Source: Pseudomonadota bacterium
GTDB lineage: Archaea; Thermoplasmatota; SW-10-69-26; JACQPN01; JAJPHT01
Reading direction: 5' to 3'
NCBI GenBank assembly: GCA_021325135.1
Contig: JAJPHT010000037.1
Span: 1-60,947, forward strand
Length of the DNA: 60,947 nt
A model generated the notes under the pieces. That model worked only from the letters and a program-made list of their open reading frames with translations, was not told where the DNA came from and ran no database searches. Below are positions 39,725-48,184 of the stretch, in pieces (the stretch's first letter is position 1; every line of letters begins with the position of its first letter). Made by a program: the position numbers and the translations under genes.

Positions 39725-42661
39725 ATGGACGCGCTGGAGAGGGACCTTCGCGCGGCGGTGAAGGGCGAGGTGCGCTTCGACGACGGAAGCCGGGCCCTCT
39801 ACGCCACCGACTCCTCGAACTACAGGCAGGTGCCCATCGGCGTCGTCGTGCCGCAGGACGTGGAGGACGCGGTGCGCGCCATCGAGGTGTGCCGGCGGCA
39901 CGGCGCGCCGCTGCTCTCCCGCGGCGGGGGCACGAGCCTCGCCGGGCAGTGCTGCAACGTCGCGGTGGTGCTCGACTGGTCGAAGCGAGTGAACCGCATC
40001 CTGGAAATCAACGCGGAGGAGCATTACGCGTGGGTCGAGCCGGGCGTCGTGCTTGACGACCTGCGCCGCGCGGCCGAGCGGCACGGGCTCACCTTCGGGC
40101 CCGATCCCTCGACGCACAACCGCTGCACTTTGGGCGGCATGATCGGGAACAACTCGTGCGGCGTCCACGCGCAGATGGCGGGGCGCACCAGCGACAACGT
40201 GGAGGAGCTGGAGGTCCTGCTCTACGACGGCACGCGCCTCGTCGTGGGGCAGGCCTCCGAGGAGGAGCTGGAGCGCGTCATCGCGGAGGGGGGCGCCAAG
40301 GGGCGCCTCTACGCCGCGCTCAAGGACCTGCGCGACCGCCACGCGGACGAGATCCGCAGGCGCTACCCCAAGATCCCGCGCCGCGTCTCGGGGTACAACC
40401 TCGACGAGCTGCTGCCGGAGAACGGCTTCCACGTCGCGCGGGCCCTGGTGGGGAGCGAGGGCACGCTGGCCACGGTGCTGCGCGCGAAGGTGCGCCTCGT
40501 GCCCAGCCCCCCGGTGCGCGTGCTCGTCGTGCTGGGCTACCCCTCCATCTTCGAGGCGGGCGACCACGTCCCGGCCATCAACGGGTTCGGGCCCATCGGC
40601 CTGGAGGCGGTGGACGATCGCCTGGTGCGCGAGATGAAGGAGAAGAGGCTCCACCCGGACTACCTGGAGGAGCTTCCGCCGGGGAACGGTTTCCTCCTCG
40701 TGGAGTTCGGGGGCGCGACGCGCGACGAGGCCGACGCCAAGGCGCGCCGCATGGTGGACCACCTGCGCGGGCTGGAGGACGCGCCCTCCATCAAGGTCGT
40801 GGAGAGCCCCATCCGGCAGCGCGACCTGTGGATCGTCCGCGAGAGCGGCCTGGGCGCGGACGCGCGCGGGCCCAACCGGCCCGACACCTGGGAAGGGTGG
40901 GAGGACAGCGCGGTCCCGGTGGAGAAGCTGGGAGCCTACCTGCGCGACCTGAAGAAGCTCTTCGCCAAGTACGGCTACGAGGGCTCCACCTACGGCCACT
41001 TCGGGCAGGCGTGCGTCCACACGCGCATCACGTTCGACCTGCTGACCGCCGAGGGGATCGCGAAGTTCCGCCGCTTCCTCCACGACGCGGCGAGGCTCGT
41101 CGTCTCCTACGGCGGCTCGCTCTCGGGCGAGCACGGCGACGGGCAGAGCAAGGCCGAGATGCTCCCCATCATGTTCGGGGACCAGGTCGTGCGGGCGTTC
41201 GGCGAGATGAAGGCGATCTTCGATCCCGGCAACAGGATGAACCCGCACAAGGTCGTCGACCCGTACTCGCCGGTGGAGAACCTGCGCCTGGGCGCCGCGT
41301 ACCGGCCCGCGCCCGTGGAGACGCGCTTCGCGTTCCGCAAGGACGACGGTGACTTCGCCCGCGCCACGCTGCGCTGCGTCGGCGTCGGGCTCTGCCGGCG
41401 CGAGGAGGGCGGCATCATGTGCCCCAGCTACATGGCGACGCGCGAGGAGATGCACTCCACCCGCGGGCGCGCGCACCTGCTCCACGAGATGCTGCGCGGC
41501 GAGGTCGTGCGCGACGGCTGGAGGTCGGAGAGCGTCAAGGAGGCCTTGGACCTCTGCCTGGCGTGCAAGGGCTGCAAGTCGGACTGCCCGGTGAGCGTCG
41601 ACGTGGCGACCTACAAGGCCGAGTTCCTGTCGCACCACTACGAGGGGCGCCTGAGGCCGCGCAGCGCCTACGCCATCGGGAACATCCACCGCGCGGCGCG
41701 CATCGGCGGCCGCGTGCCGTGGCTCGCCAACTTCGCCACGCAGACGCCGGGCGTGCGCGCGGCCGTGAAATGGGCGGGCGGCATCGCCCAGGAGCGCGCG
41801 CTGCCGCGCTTCGCGCCGCGCACCTTCCGCCGCGAGTTCCTCCGGAGACGGGCCGCGCCGGATGGGCGCCCCGAGGTCATCCTCTGGCCCGACACGTTCA
41901 ACGACCACTTCCACCCCGGCACCGCGTGGGCCGCCGTCGAGGTGCTGGAGAGCGCGGGCTTCCGCGTGAAGATCCCCCCGAAGCCGCTCTGCTGCGGGCG
42001 GCCGCTCTATGATTATGGATGGCTCGACCGCGCGAAGGCGACGCTGCTCCGCGTCCTGGACGCGCTGCGGGGGGACATCGAGGCGGGGACGCCGGTCGTG
42101 GGGCTGGAGCCCTCCTGCGTCGCGGTGTTCCGCGACGAGATGCTGGACCTGCTGCCCAAGGACGAGGACGCGAAGCGGCTCGCCGCTCAGACGTTCGTCC
42201 TCAGCGAGTTCCTCGTGAAGCGCGCCCCGTCGTGGAGCCCGCCGAGGCTGCGGCGCAAGGCGCTCGTGCAGGGCCACTGCCACCACCGCAGCGTCATGGG
42301 GTTCGGGGAGGAGCAGACGGTCCTCGCGGCCATGGGGCTTGAGGCGGAGATCGCGGACGTGACGTGCTGCGGCATGGCGGGCGGCTTCGGCTTCGAGGCC
42401 TCGCACCACGCGGTGTCGATGCAGGTGGGAGAGCTGGGCATCCTCCCCAAGGCGCGCGCCGCCGGCGCCGACACGCTGCTGCTGGCGGACGGCTTCTCGT
42501 GCCGCACGCAGATCGAGCAGGCCATCGGCTGGCGGCCGCTCCACCTGGCGGAGGCGCTTCAGATGGCGCTGCGCGAAGGGAAGAGCGGCGGCGCGCCGGG
42601 CGAGGCGCCCATGCCCCGCGAGCAGCCCGCGAGCCGGAGGCACCGCGAGGGGACGACGTAG
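39725..42661 (+). CDS. FAD-linked oxidase with 4Fe-4S and CCG domains (D-lactate/glycolate dehydrogenase-like)
   Basis: RGGGTSLAGQ, GSEGTL, SGEHGDG, CVGVGLC, CLACKGCKSDCP, CCG motifs. Confidence 0.92.
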   Translation: MDALERDLRAAVKGEVRFDDGSRALYATDSSNYRQVPIGVVVPQDVEDAVRAIEVCRRHGAPLLSRGGGTSLAGQCCNVAVVLDWSKRVNRILEINAEEHYAWVEPGVVLDDLRRAAERHGLTFGPDPSTHNRCTLGGMIGNNSCGVHAQMAGRTSDNVEELEVLLYDGTRLVVGQASEEELERVIAEGGAKGRLYAALKDLRDRHADEIRRRYPKIPRRVSGYNLDELLPENGFHVARALVGSEGTLATVLRAKVRLVPSPPVRVLVVLGYPSIFEAGDHVPAINGFGPIGLEAVDDRLVREMKEKRLHPDYLEELPPGNGFLLVEFGGATRDEADAKARRMVDHLRGLEDAPSIKVVESPIRQRDLWIVRESGLGADARGPNRPDTWEGWEDSAVPVEKLGAYLRDLKKLFAKYGYEGSTYGHFGQACVHTRITFDLLTAEGIAKFRRFLHDAARLVVSYGGSLSGEHGDGQSKAEMLPIMFGDQVVRAFGEMKAIFDPGNRMNPHKVVDPYSPVENLRLGAAYRPAPVETRFAFRKDDGDFARATLRCVGVGLCRREEGGIMCPSYMATREEMHSTRGRAHLLHEMLRGEVVRDGWRSESVKEALDLCLACKGCKSDCPVSVDVATYKAEFLSHHYEGRLRPRSAYAIGNIHRAARIGGRVPWLANFATQTPGVRAAVKWAGGIAQERALPRFAPRTFRREFLRRRAAPDGRPEVILWPDTFNDHFHPGTAWAAVEVLESAGFRVKIPPKPLCCGRPLYDYGWLDRAKATLLRVLDALRGDIEAGTPVVGLEPSCVAVFRDEMLDLLPKDEDAKRLAAQTFVLSEFLVKRAPSWSPPRLRRKALVQGHCHHRSVMGFGEEQTVLAAMGLEAEIADVTCCGMAGGFGFEASHHAVSMQVGELGILPKARAAGADTLLLADGFSCRTQIEQAIGWRPLHLAEALQMALREGKSGGAPGEAPMPREQPASRRHREGTT

Positions 42662-42806
42662 GCCCAGAGGCGCGTTCGCCCGCTCCAGAGCCTGCCGAAG
42701 GCGCCCACCTCGCGCCTCGCGGAGGCGTGGACCGAGCCGTCCATGCCGGGGGCTCGATCACAGGGCCATTTGGAGGCGTCGTGGCGCCGGCCCGGAACGA
42801 GGGCCC

Positions 42807-43814
42807 TCACCCGGCGGTCATCGCCACGCGGTGGTTGATGGCCGTCTCGGCCACGTCCGCCGCGTAGGCCGCGGTCCTGGCGATGCTCTCCAGCGCGAGC
42901 GCGACGTGGAGGATGCTCTCGCCTCCGAGGCCGAGGCTCTCGCGCATGAGGGCGTCCTGCGAGGCGCGGAAGTGGGCCGCGTCCTCGATGATGCGGTTCG
43001 CCGCCTCGGCGTCCTGCTTGTGGAAGGTGGAGAGGGAGTCCGCGAAGAGGGAGACGGCCTTGCGCGCCTGCTTCTCGATCTTGCTCTCCAGCTTCGCGGC
43101 CACGTCGTCCTTGCGGAGCGCCTGCACGTTCTCGGCGATGCGCAGCGCGTGGTCCGCCGTGCGCTCGATCAGGCGCGCGCACATGAGGTAGTTGAGCGCC
43201 TGGCTGGCGTTCAAGCCCATCTTCTGCGCGTAAGCCGGGTCGCGCAGGATTGCGTGGTACTGCTTGTTGATCATCCAGTAGAGGCGGTCCACCTCGTCGT
43301 CGCGGTCGGTGAACGTCGCGTGGACGTCCTCCAGCTCCTCGGAGAAGGCGCGCAGGGCGTCCTCCTGCATCGCGCGGCAGAGGGCCTGCATCCTCCGGAG
43401 GCCCTTGTCGATGTGGAACTCCTTGGGGTCGAGGAAGTCCTGGAGGGTCACGCTGTTGGCGTCCTCCTCCACGGTCTCCAGGCCGATGATGCGCTTCGCG
43501 GCGTTGCGCACGCCCTTGCGCGCGTTGGCCCCCAGGGGCTTCTTGCTCCGGACCACGATGACGTCGAAACCCGCGAGGTAGGCCGCGACGATGCCGCGGA
43601 ACACGCTGTCGGGGTCGTCCGTCAAGACCTCCAGGGTGTAGCGGGCCTGCGTGGCGCCCAGGCGCGCGTGCGGGTAGATGGCCAGGCTGCCGTCGTGCTG
43701 CGGCACGAACCCCACGACGTCGCCGGCGCCGAGCTCCGCCTGGCTGACCCACTCCTTGGGCAGCGTGACGGTGAAGCTCGATCCTCCGGTCAGCTGGATC
43801 TTCCGCAGGTCCAT
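42807..43814 (-). CDS. phoU: Archaeal phosphate uptake regulator (AbrB + PhoU domains)
   Basis: RKIQLTGGSSFTVTLPKEW; DDEVDRLY, ERTADHA..IAE PhoU repeats. Confidence 0.93.
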   Translation of the reverse strand: MDLRKIQLTGGSSFTVTLPKEWVSQAELGAGDVVGFVPQHDGSLAIYPHARLGATQARYTLEVLTDDPDSVFRGIVAAYLAGFDVIVVRSKKPLGANARKGVRNAAKRIIGLETVEEDANSVTLQDFLDPKEFHIDKGLRRMQALCRAMQEDALRAFSEELEDVHATFTDRDDEVDRLYWMINKQYHAILRDPAYAQKMGLNASQALNYLMCARLIERTADHALRIAENVQALRKDDVAAKLESKIEKQARKAVSLFADSLSTFHKQDAEAANRIIEDAAHFRASQDALMRESLGLGGESILHVALALESIARTAAYAADVAETAINHRVAMTAG

Positions 43815-43929
43815 GGGGTCACCCGAGAGGGGCCTGAGGGGTGCGTGGTCGTCCCGTGGCATGGGGTTGTCCCATGGTGATTCCGGAGAACTATATAGAA
43901 ATATGGTGAAGGCCGCCCCGAGGCCGCCT

Positions 43930-45348
43930 TCACCCCGTGAGGGCCCGCATCACGAGGAACGCCACGAAGCCCACGATGGCGGCCGCGGGGATCGTGAGGA
44001 GCCACGCGCCCACGATGCGGCGGCCCACGCCCCAGCTCACCGCGCTCGCGCGCTTGGTGGCGCCGACGCCCATGATGCTGCCGCTGATGGCGTGCGTCGT
44101 GGAGACGGGGATGCCCGCCTGCGCCATGCCCACGAGGACGACGCCGCCTCCTGTCTCGGCCGCGAAGCCCTGGATGGGCGTCAGGTGCGTGATGCGCGAG
44201 GCCATGGTGCGGATGATGCGCCAGCCCCCGAAGAGCGTGCCCAGGCCCATGGCGGCGGCGCTGGCGAGGATGACCCAGGTGGGGACGCTGAACTCCTTCG
44301 CGCTCACGGCGCCCGCCGCGATGAGGAGCACCGCGATGATGCCCATGGTCTTCTGCGCGTCGTTGGTGCCGTGCGTCAGGGCGTAGAACGCGCTGCTGAA
44401 GAGCTGCGCGCGCTTGCTGCCCGCGGAGACGGCGTGCGGCTCGCGCTTCCACGCGAACCACGCGACGGCGCTCATCATGAGGAAGCCCGCGAAGAAGCCC
44501 AGGATCGGGCTCACCACCATGAAGAGGACCGTCTTCGTGACGCCGCCCAGGACGAGCGCGTTCACGAGCACCGCGATGACGAGGCTCACGCACGCGCCGA
44601 AGAGGGCGAAGCCGGGCATGAGGCGCAGGCTCATCTTTTGCTGGCTCGCGGCCCAGAGGACCATGCCGGAGACGACGCCCAGGAAGACCATGGTGAGGCC
44701 CGTGAGCGAGTAGTCCAGGACCTTCTTGATATCAGAACCGGGAAGCGCGTGCGTGTTGTAGTAGAGGACGCCGAGGCCCAGGGCGCCCGCGAAGCCCATG
44801 GGGCCAAGCAGGCCGCGCGGCAGGCGCAGGCGGCTCAGGCCCCACGCGAGGAGGGCGCCGGCCGCGCCGCCCAGCGCGCCGAAGACGACGAACTTGCCGA
44901 TGCCGACGACCTCGTCCCACGTGGGCATGACGATGCCCGCGGGGCCCACGGCGGCGAGCGCCGCGCCGATGAGGCCGCCCACCAGCGCGTGGCTCGACGA
45001 GGAGGGGAGGCCCACGTACCACGTGATGAGGTTCCACACGATCGCGCCCGCGAGCGCGGCGAGGATCACGGCGGTCAATTCCCCGCTGGGGATGTTGCCG
45101 CTCACGATGATGCCCTTCCCCACGGTGGTGGCGACGGCGAGGCTGAAGACGAAGGGGCCGATGAAGTTGAACGCGGCCGCCATGGCGAGCGCCTGGGCGG
45201 GGGTCAGTACCTTGGTGGCGACGACGGTCGCGATGGCGTTGGCCGAGTCATGGAAGCCGTTCACGAAGTCGAACGCCAGCGCGACGAGGATCGTCCCCGT
45301 GACGAACGGGTGCGCCATGACGAACTGGCCGATCTCTGCGAGGACCAT
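43930..45348 (-). CDS. pit: Inorganic phosphate transporter (PiT family)
   Basis: NGFHDSANAIAT, GLPSSSSHAL, HGTNDAQKTMG, PVSTTH. Confidence 0.95.
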   Translation of the reverse strand: MVLAEIGQFVMAHPFVTGTILVALAFDFVNGFHDSANAIATVVATKVLTPAQALAMAAAFNFIGPFVFSLAVATTVGKGIIVSGNIPSGELTAVILAALAGAIVWNLITWYVGLPSSSSHALVGGLIGAALAAVGPAGIVMPTWDEVVGIGKFVVFGALGGAAGALLAWGLSRLRLPRGLLGPMGFAGALGLGVLYYNTHALPGSDIKKVLDYSLTGLTMVFLGVVSGMVLWAASQQKMSLRLMPGFALFGACVSLVIAVLVNALVLGGVTKTVLFMVVSPILGFFAGFLMMSAVAWFAWKREPHAVSAGSKRAQLFSSAFYALTHGTNDAQKTMGIIAVLLIAAGAVSAKEFSVPTWVILASAAAMGLGTLFGGWRIIRTMASRITHLTPIQGFAAETGGGVVLVGMAQAGIPVSTTHAISGSIMGVGATKRASAVSWGVGRRIVGAWLLTIPAAAIVGFVAFLVMRALTG

Positions 45349-45357
45349 GCGCCCGCC

Positions 45358-46041
45358 TCACTGGTGCTTCACGAGGATGTCGCGCACGACGTCCGCGGCG
45401 TCCTCGCACTTGTCGGTCGCGGTCTCCAGGTACTCCAGGATGTCCTTCATCTTGATGATGTGCTTCACGTCGTCCTGGAGGAACAGCTCGGCCTTCGCGC
45501 GGTTGGTGAGGTCGTCGGCCTGGTTCTCCAGGCTGTGGATCTCCACGAGCTTGGCCTTGATGTCGTCGCGCTTGCTGGGCTCCGGGAGCCACGAGAGCAC
45601 GTCGCGCAGGTGCACCGTCTGGTCGCGCAGCAGCATCGCGACCTCCAGAAGCTCCTTGGGCAGCTTGCGCACGTCGTAGAGGTGCAGGTGGTTCGCGGTC
45701 GCGTAGGTGAAGTCCAGGATGTCGTCCAGGGCGCTGGCGAGGTTGCCGATGTCCTCGCGGTCCAGGGGCGTGATGAAGGTCGCGTTGAGCGCGGTGTAGA
45801 GCTCGTGCGTCTTCATGTCGCCGCGGTGCTCGATCTCCTTGACGCGGCGCTTGTGGTCGCGCACGGTCCTGGGCGTCGCGCCGCTCGTGACTGCATCCCC
45901 CGTGCCCGCCTTCACGGCGGCGTCGTACCCTTCGAGCATCGCGACGAGCGCCTCGGCTCCCTCGTGGACCAGCGCGCTCTGCTCCTGCAGGATGTCGAAG
46001 AAGCGCTCCTCGCGCGGGACGAGCCAATCCTTGAGCTTCAT
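45358..46041 (-). CDS. DUF47 phosphate transport regulator
   Basis: EHRGD, TFITPLDREDI..LDDILD, LENQAD, TDKCEDAAD; directly upstream of pit. Confidence 0.93.
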   Translation of the reverse strand: MKLKDWLVPREERFFDILQEQSALVHEGAEALVAMLEGYDAAVKAGTGDAVTSGATPRTVRDHKRRVKEIEHRGDMKTHELYTALNATFITPLDREDIGNLASALDDILDFTYATANHLHLYDVRKLPKELLEVAMLLRDQTVHLRDVLSWLPEPSKRDDIKAKLVEIHSLENQADDLTNRAKAELFLQDDVKHIIKMKDILEYLETATDKCEDAADVVRDILVKHQ

Positions 46042-46099
46042 CGGGTACTCTCCGGACACCCAGTATCGCCCCGGGTCTTAGGGGGTTTTCTCTGGATGC

Positions 46100-46125
46100 T
46101 CCGGAGAGCTATTGATGTCTCCGGA
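46100..46125. promoter_or_regulatory. Candidate operator upstream of DUF47-pit
   Basis: IR tccggaga-N10-tctccgga; tccggagagctat matches tccggagaactat (43882-43894) upstream of phoU. Confidence 0.4.
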
Positions 46126-47610
46126 TCAGGCCCAGAGCGCGCCGAACTTCGCGTTGGCGTACCCCAGGAAGTCGGCCGGCGAGAGCGGCTTGCCCGTGGC
46201 GCGCTCGACCAGCTCGCCCGTCCTGTAGCGCTTGCCGTGGCGGTGCACGCGCTCGCGCAGCCAGTCGCGCAGCGGGGCGTAGCGCCCCTCCCGGATGGCG
46301 GGCGCGGCGGGGCCCTGCTCCTTCTCGAAGGCCGCGAAGAGCTGCGCCGAGAGCATGGAGCCCAGGCTGTACGTCGGGAAGTAGCCGAAGGAGCCGTGCG
46401 CCCAGTGGATGTCCTGGAGGCAGCCCAGCTTGTCGTTGGGCGGCCGCACGCCGAGATAGCTTTCCATGCGGTCGTTCCAGAGGCGCGGGATCTCCCTCAC
46501 CTGCGCGGCCCCGCTCACGATGGCCTCCTCCACCTCGAAGCGCAGCGCGATGTGCATGTGGTAGGTCAGCTCGTCCGCCTCGACGCGCACGAGGCTGGGC
46601 TGCACCACGTTGGCCGCGCGCCAGGCGTCCTCGGGCGTCACGCCCTTGAGGTTCCCCGGGAACGCCTCCTGCATGGGCGCGAGCCAGCGCTCCCAGAAGG
46701 CGCGCGAGCGCCCGACGTGGTTCTCCCAGAGGCGGCTCTGCGACTCGTGGACCGCCATGTCGCGCGCGTCGCCCAGAGGCGTCCCGAAGTCCTCCCGGGG
46801 AAGCCCCTGCGTGTAGAGCGAGTGCCCGAACTCGTGGATGGTGCCCAAGAGAGCGCCCAGCGGGTCCTCCTCGTTGTAGCGCGTCGTGATGCGCGTGTCG
46901 TAGACGTTCCCCGTGCTGAAGGGGTGCGCGCTCACGTCCAGGCGGCCGCGGTCGAAGTCGTAGCCCAGCTCGCGCAGCACCGCGAGGCTGAACTGCTGCT
47001 GCTTGTCCGCCGGCCAGCGCCCCGCGAACGCGTCGGGTGCCTTGGGCGCGCTGGCCGCGCGGCGGATGAGCGGCTTGAGCCCCTCGCGAAGCTCCGCCAG
47101 GTTGCGCCGCGTCTCGGCGAGGCCGATCCACGGCTCGTAGTCGCGGAAGAGGACCTCGTAGGGCGCGGCGCCGGGATCGATGGCCGCCGCGTACTGGCGC
47201 TTGAGGTCCACGATCTCCTCCAGGATGGGGCGGAACGCCTGGAAGTCGGACTTCGCGCGCGCCTCGGTCCAGATGGGAAGCGCCCGCGACGTGGCGCGGC
47301 TCATGCGCTCCACGAGGTCGGTGGAGACCTTCGTCGCGCGGTCAAACGAGAAGCGCACCTCGCGCAGGAGCGCGCGATGCTTCTCGTCCCCCTCCTCCTT
47401 CTCGGCCTGCGCAAGGAGCCGGCCCGTCTCGGGCGCCGTGAACGTCTCGTGCGCGAGGGCCGAGAGCGTGGAAAGCTGCAGCACCCGCGCCTCCGTGCCG
47501 CCCCGGGGCATGTACGTCTCCTGGTCCCACTGGAGCAGCGCCGCCGACTCACCCAGGGCGGAGAGGCGATGGAGGCGCTGGACGAGCTGCTCGTAGGCCC
47601 GGAGAGACAT
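46126..47610 (-). CDS. Carboxypeptidase M32
   Basis: WDQETYMP, GRLDVSAHPF, HEFGH, HESQS, RVEADELTY, QDIHW, GYFPTY. Confidence 0.96.
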   Translation of the reverse strand: MSLRAYEQLVQRLHRLSALGESAALLQWDQETYMPRGGTEARVLQLSTLSALAHETFTAPETGRLLAQAEKEEGDEKHRALLREVRFSFDRATKVSTDLVERMSRATSRALPIWTEARAKSDFQAFRPILEEIVDLKRQYAAAIDPGAAPYEVLFRDYEPWIGLAETRRNLAELREGLKPLIRRAASAPKAPDAFAGRWPADKQQQFSLAVLRELGYDFDRGRLDVSAHPFSTGNVYDTRITTRYNEEDPLGALLGTIHEFGHSLYTQGLPREDFGTPLGDARDMAVHESQSRLWENHVGRSRAFWERWLAPMQEAFPGNLKGVTPEDAWRAANVVQPSLVRVEADELTYHMHIALRFEVEEAIVSGAAQVREIPRLWNDRMESYLGVRPPNDKLGCLQDIHWAHGSFGYFPTYSLGSMLSAQLFAAFEKEQGPAAPAIREGRYAPLRDWLRERVHRHGKRYRTGELVERATGKPLSPADFLGYANAKFGALWA

Positions 47611-47766
47611 GGGCCTCGGACGGCGGCACGGGGGCTTGAAAGCCGCGCTGCATGCCCATGTCCCAAGCGGCCACCCGGGTTGGATCGTTGTCCCCCCGCG
47701 CCCGTGGCCGACGACCGCCCCCTGCGGCAGGGGTTTAAGCTTCGGAGAGCCCAGTCCGGTCCACCA

Positions 47767-48042
47767 ATGCGGAAGGAACTCGAGGAGGCCCTCGGCCTCG
47801 ACGAAGCCCTTGCGATCGACTCCAGCCTTGTGAACGTCCGCCTGGACACCCGTCGCTACGGGAAGAGCGTCACCCTTCTGGACGGCTTTGATCCCACCGT
47901 GGACATCAACGCCCTCGGCAAGCAGCTCAAGCAGGCCATGGGCACGGGCGGCACCGTGCGCGACGGCGTGATCGAGCTGCAGGGCGACCACCGGCGCGAC
48001 GTCCGCGAATACCTGGAGCAGCGCGGGTACAAGCTGGCATAG
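47767..48042 (+). CDS. sui1: Translation initiation factor SUI1/aIF1 (YciH-like)
   Basis: RRYGKSVT, LGKQLK..GTGGTVRDGVIELQGDHR; tttaag TATA at 47734. Confidence 0.92.
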   Translation: MRKELEEALGLDEALAIDSSLVNVRLDTRRYGKSVTLLDGFDPTVDINALGKQLKQAMGTGGTVRDGVIELQGDHRRDVREYLEQRGYKLA

Positions 48043-48184
48043 GCGCTGCCGTTCCCAGGGAGCTCGTCACACCCGCAGTCGCGGCTCGCCCAGAGCTTCG
48101 GAGATCAGACGGCCGTGCGCTCGGCCCGCTCCCGCTCAATGAAGACTTGCAGAAGCGCGAGATTGGGGATGCAACTCAGGGACG

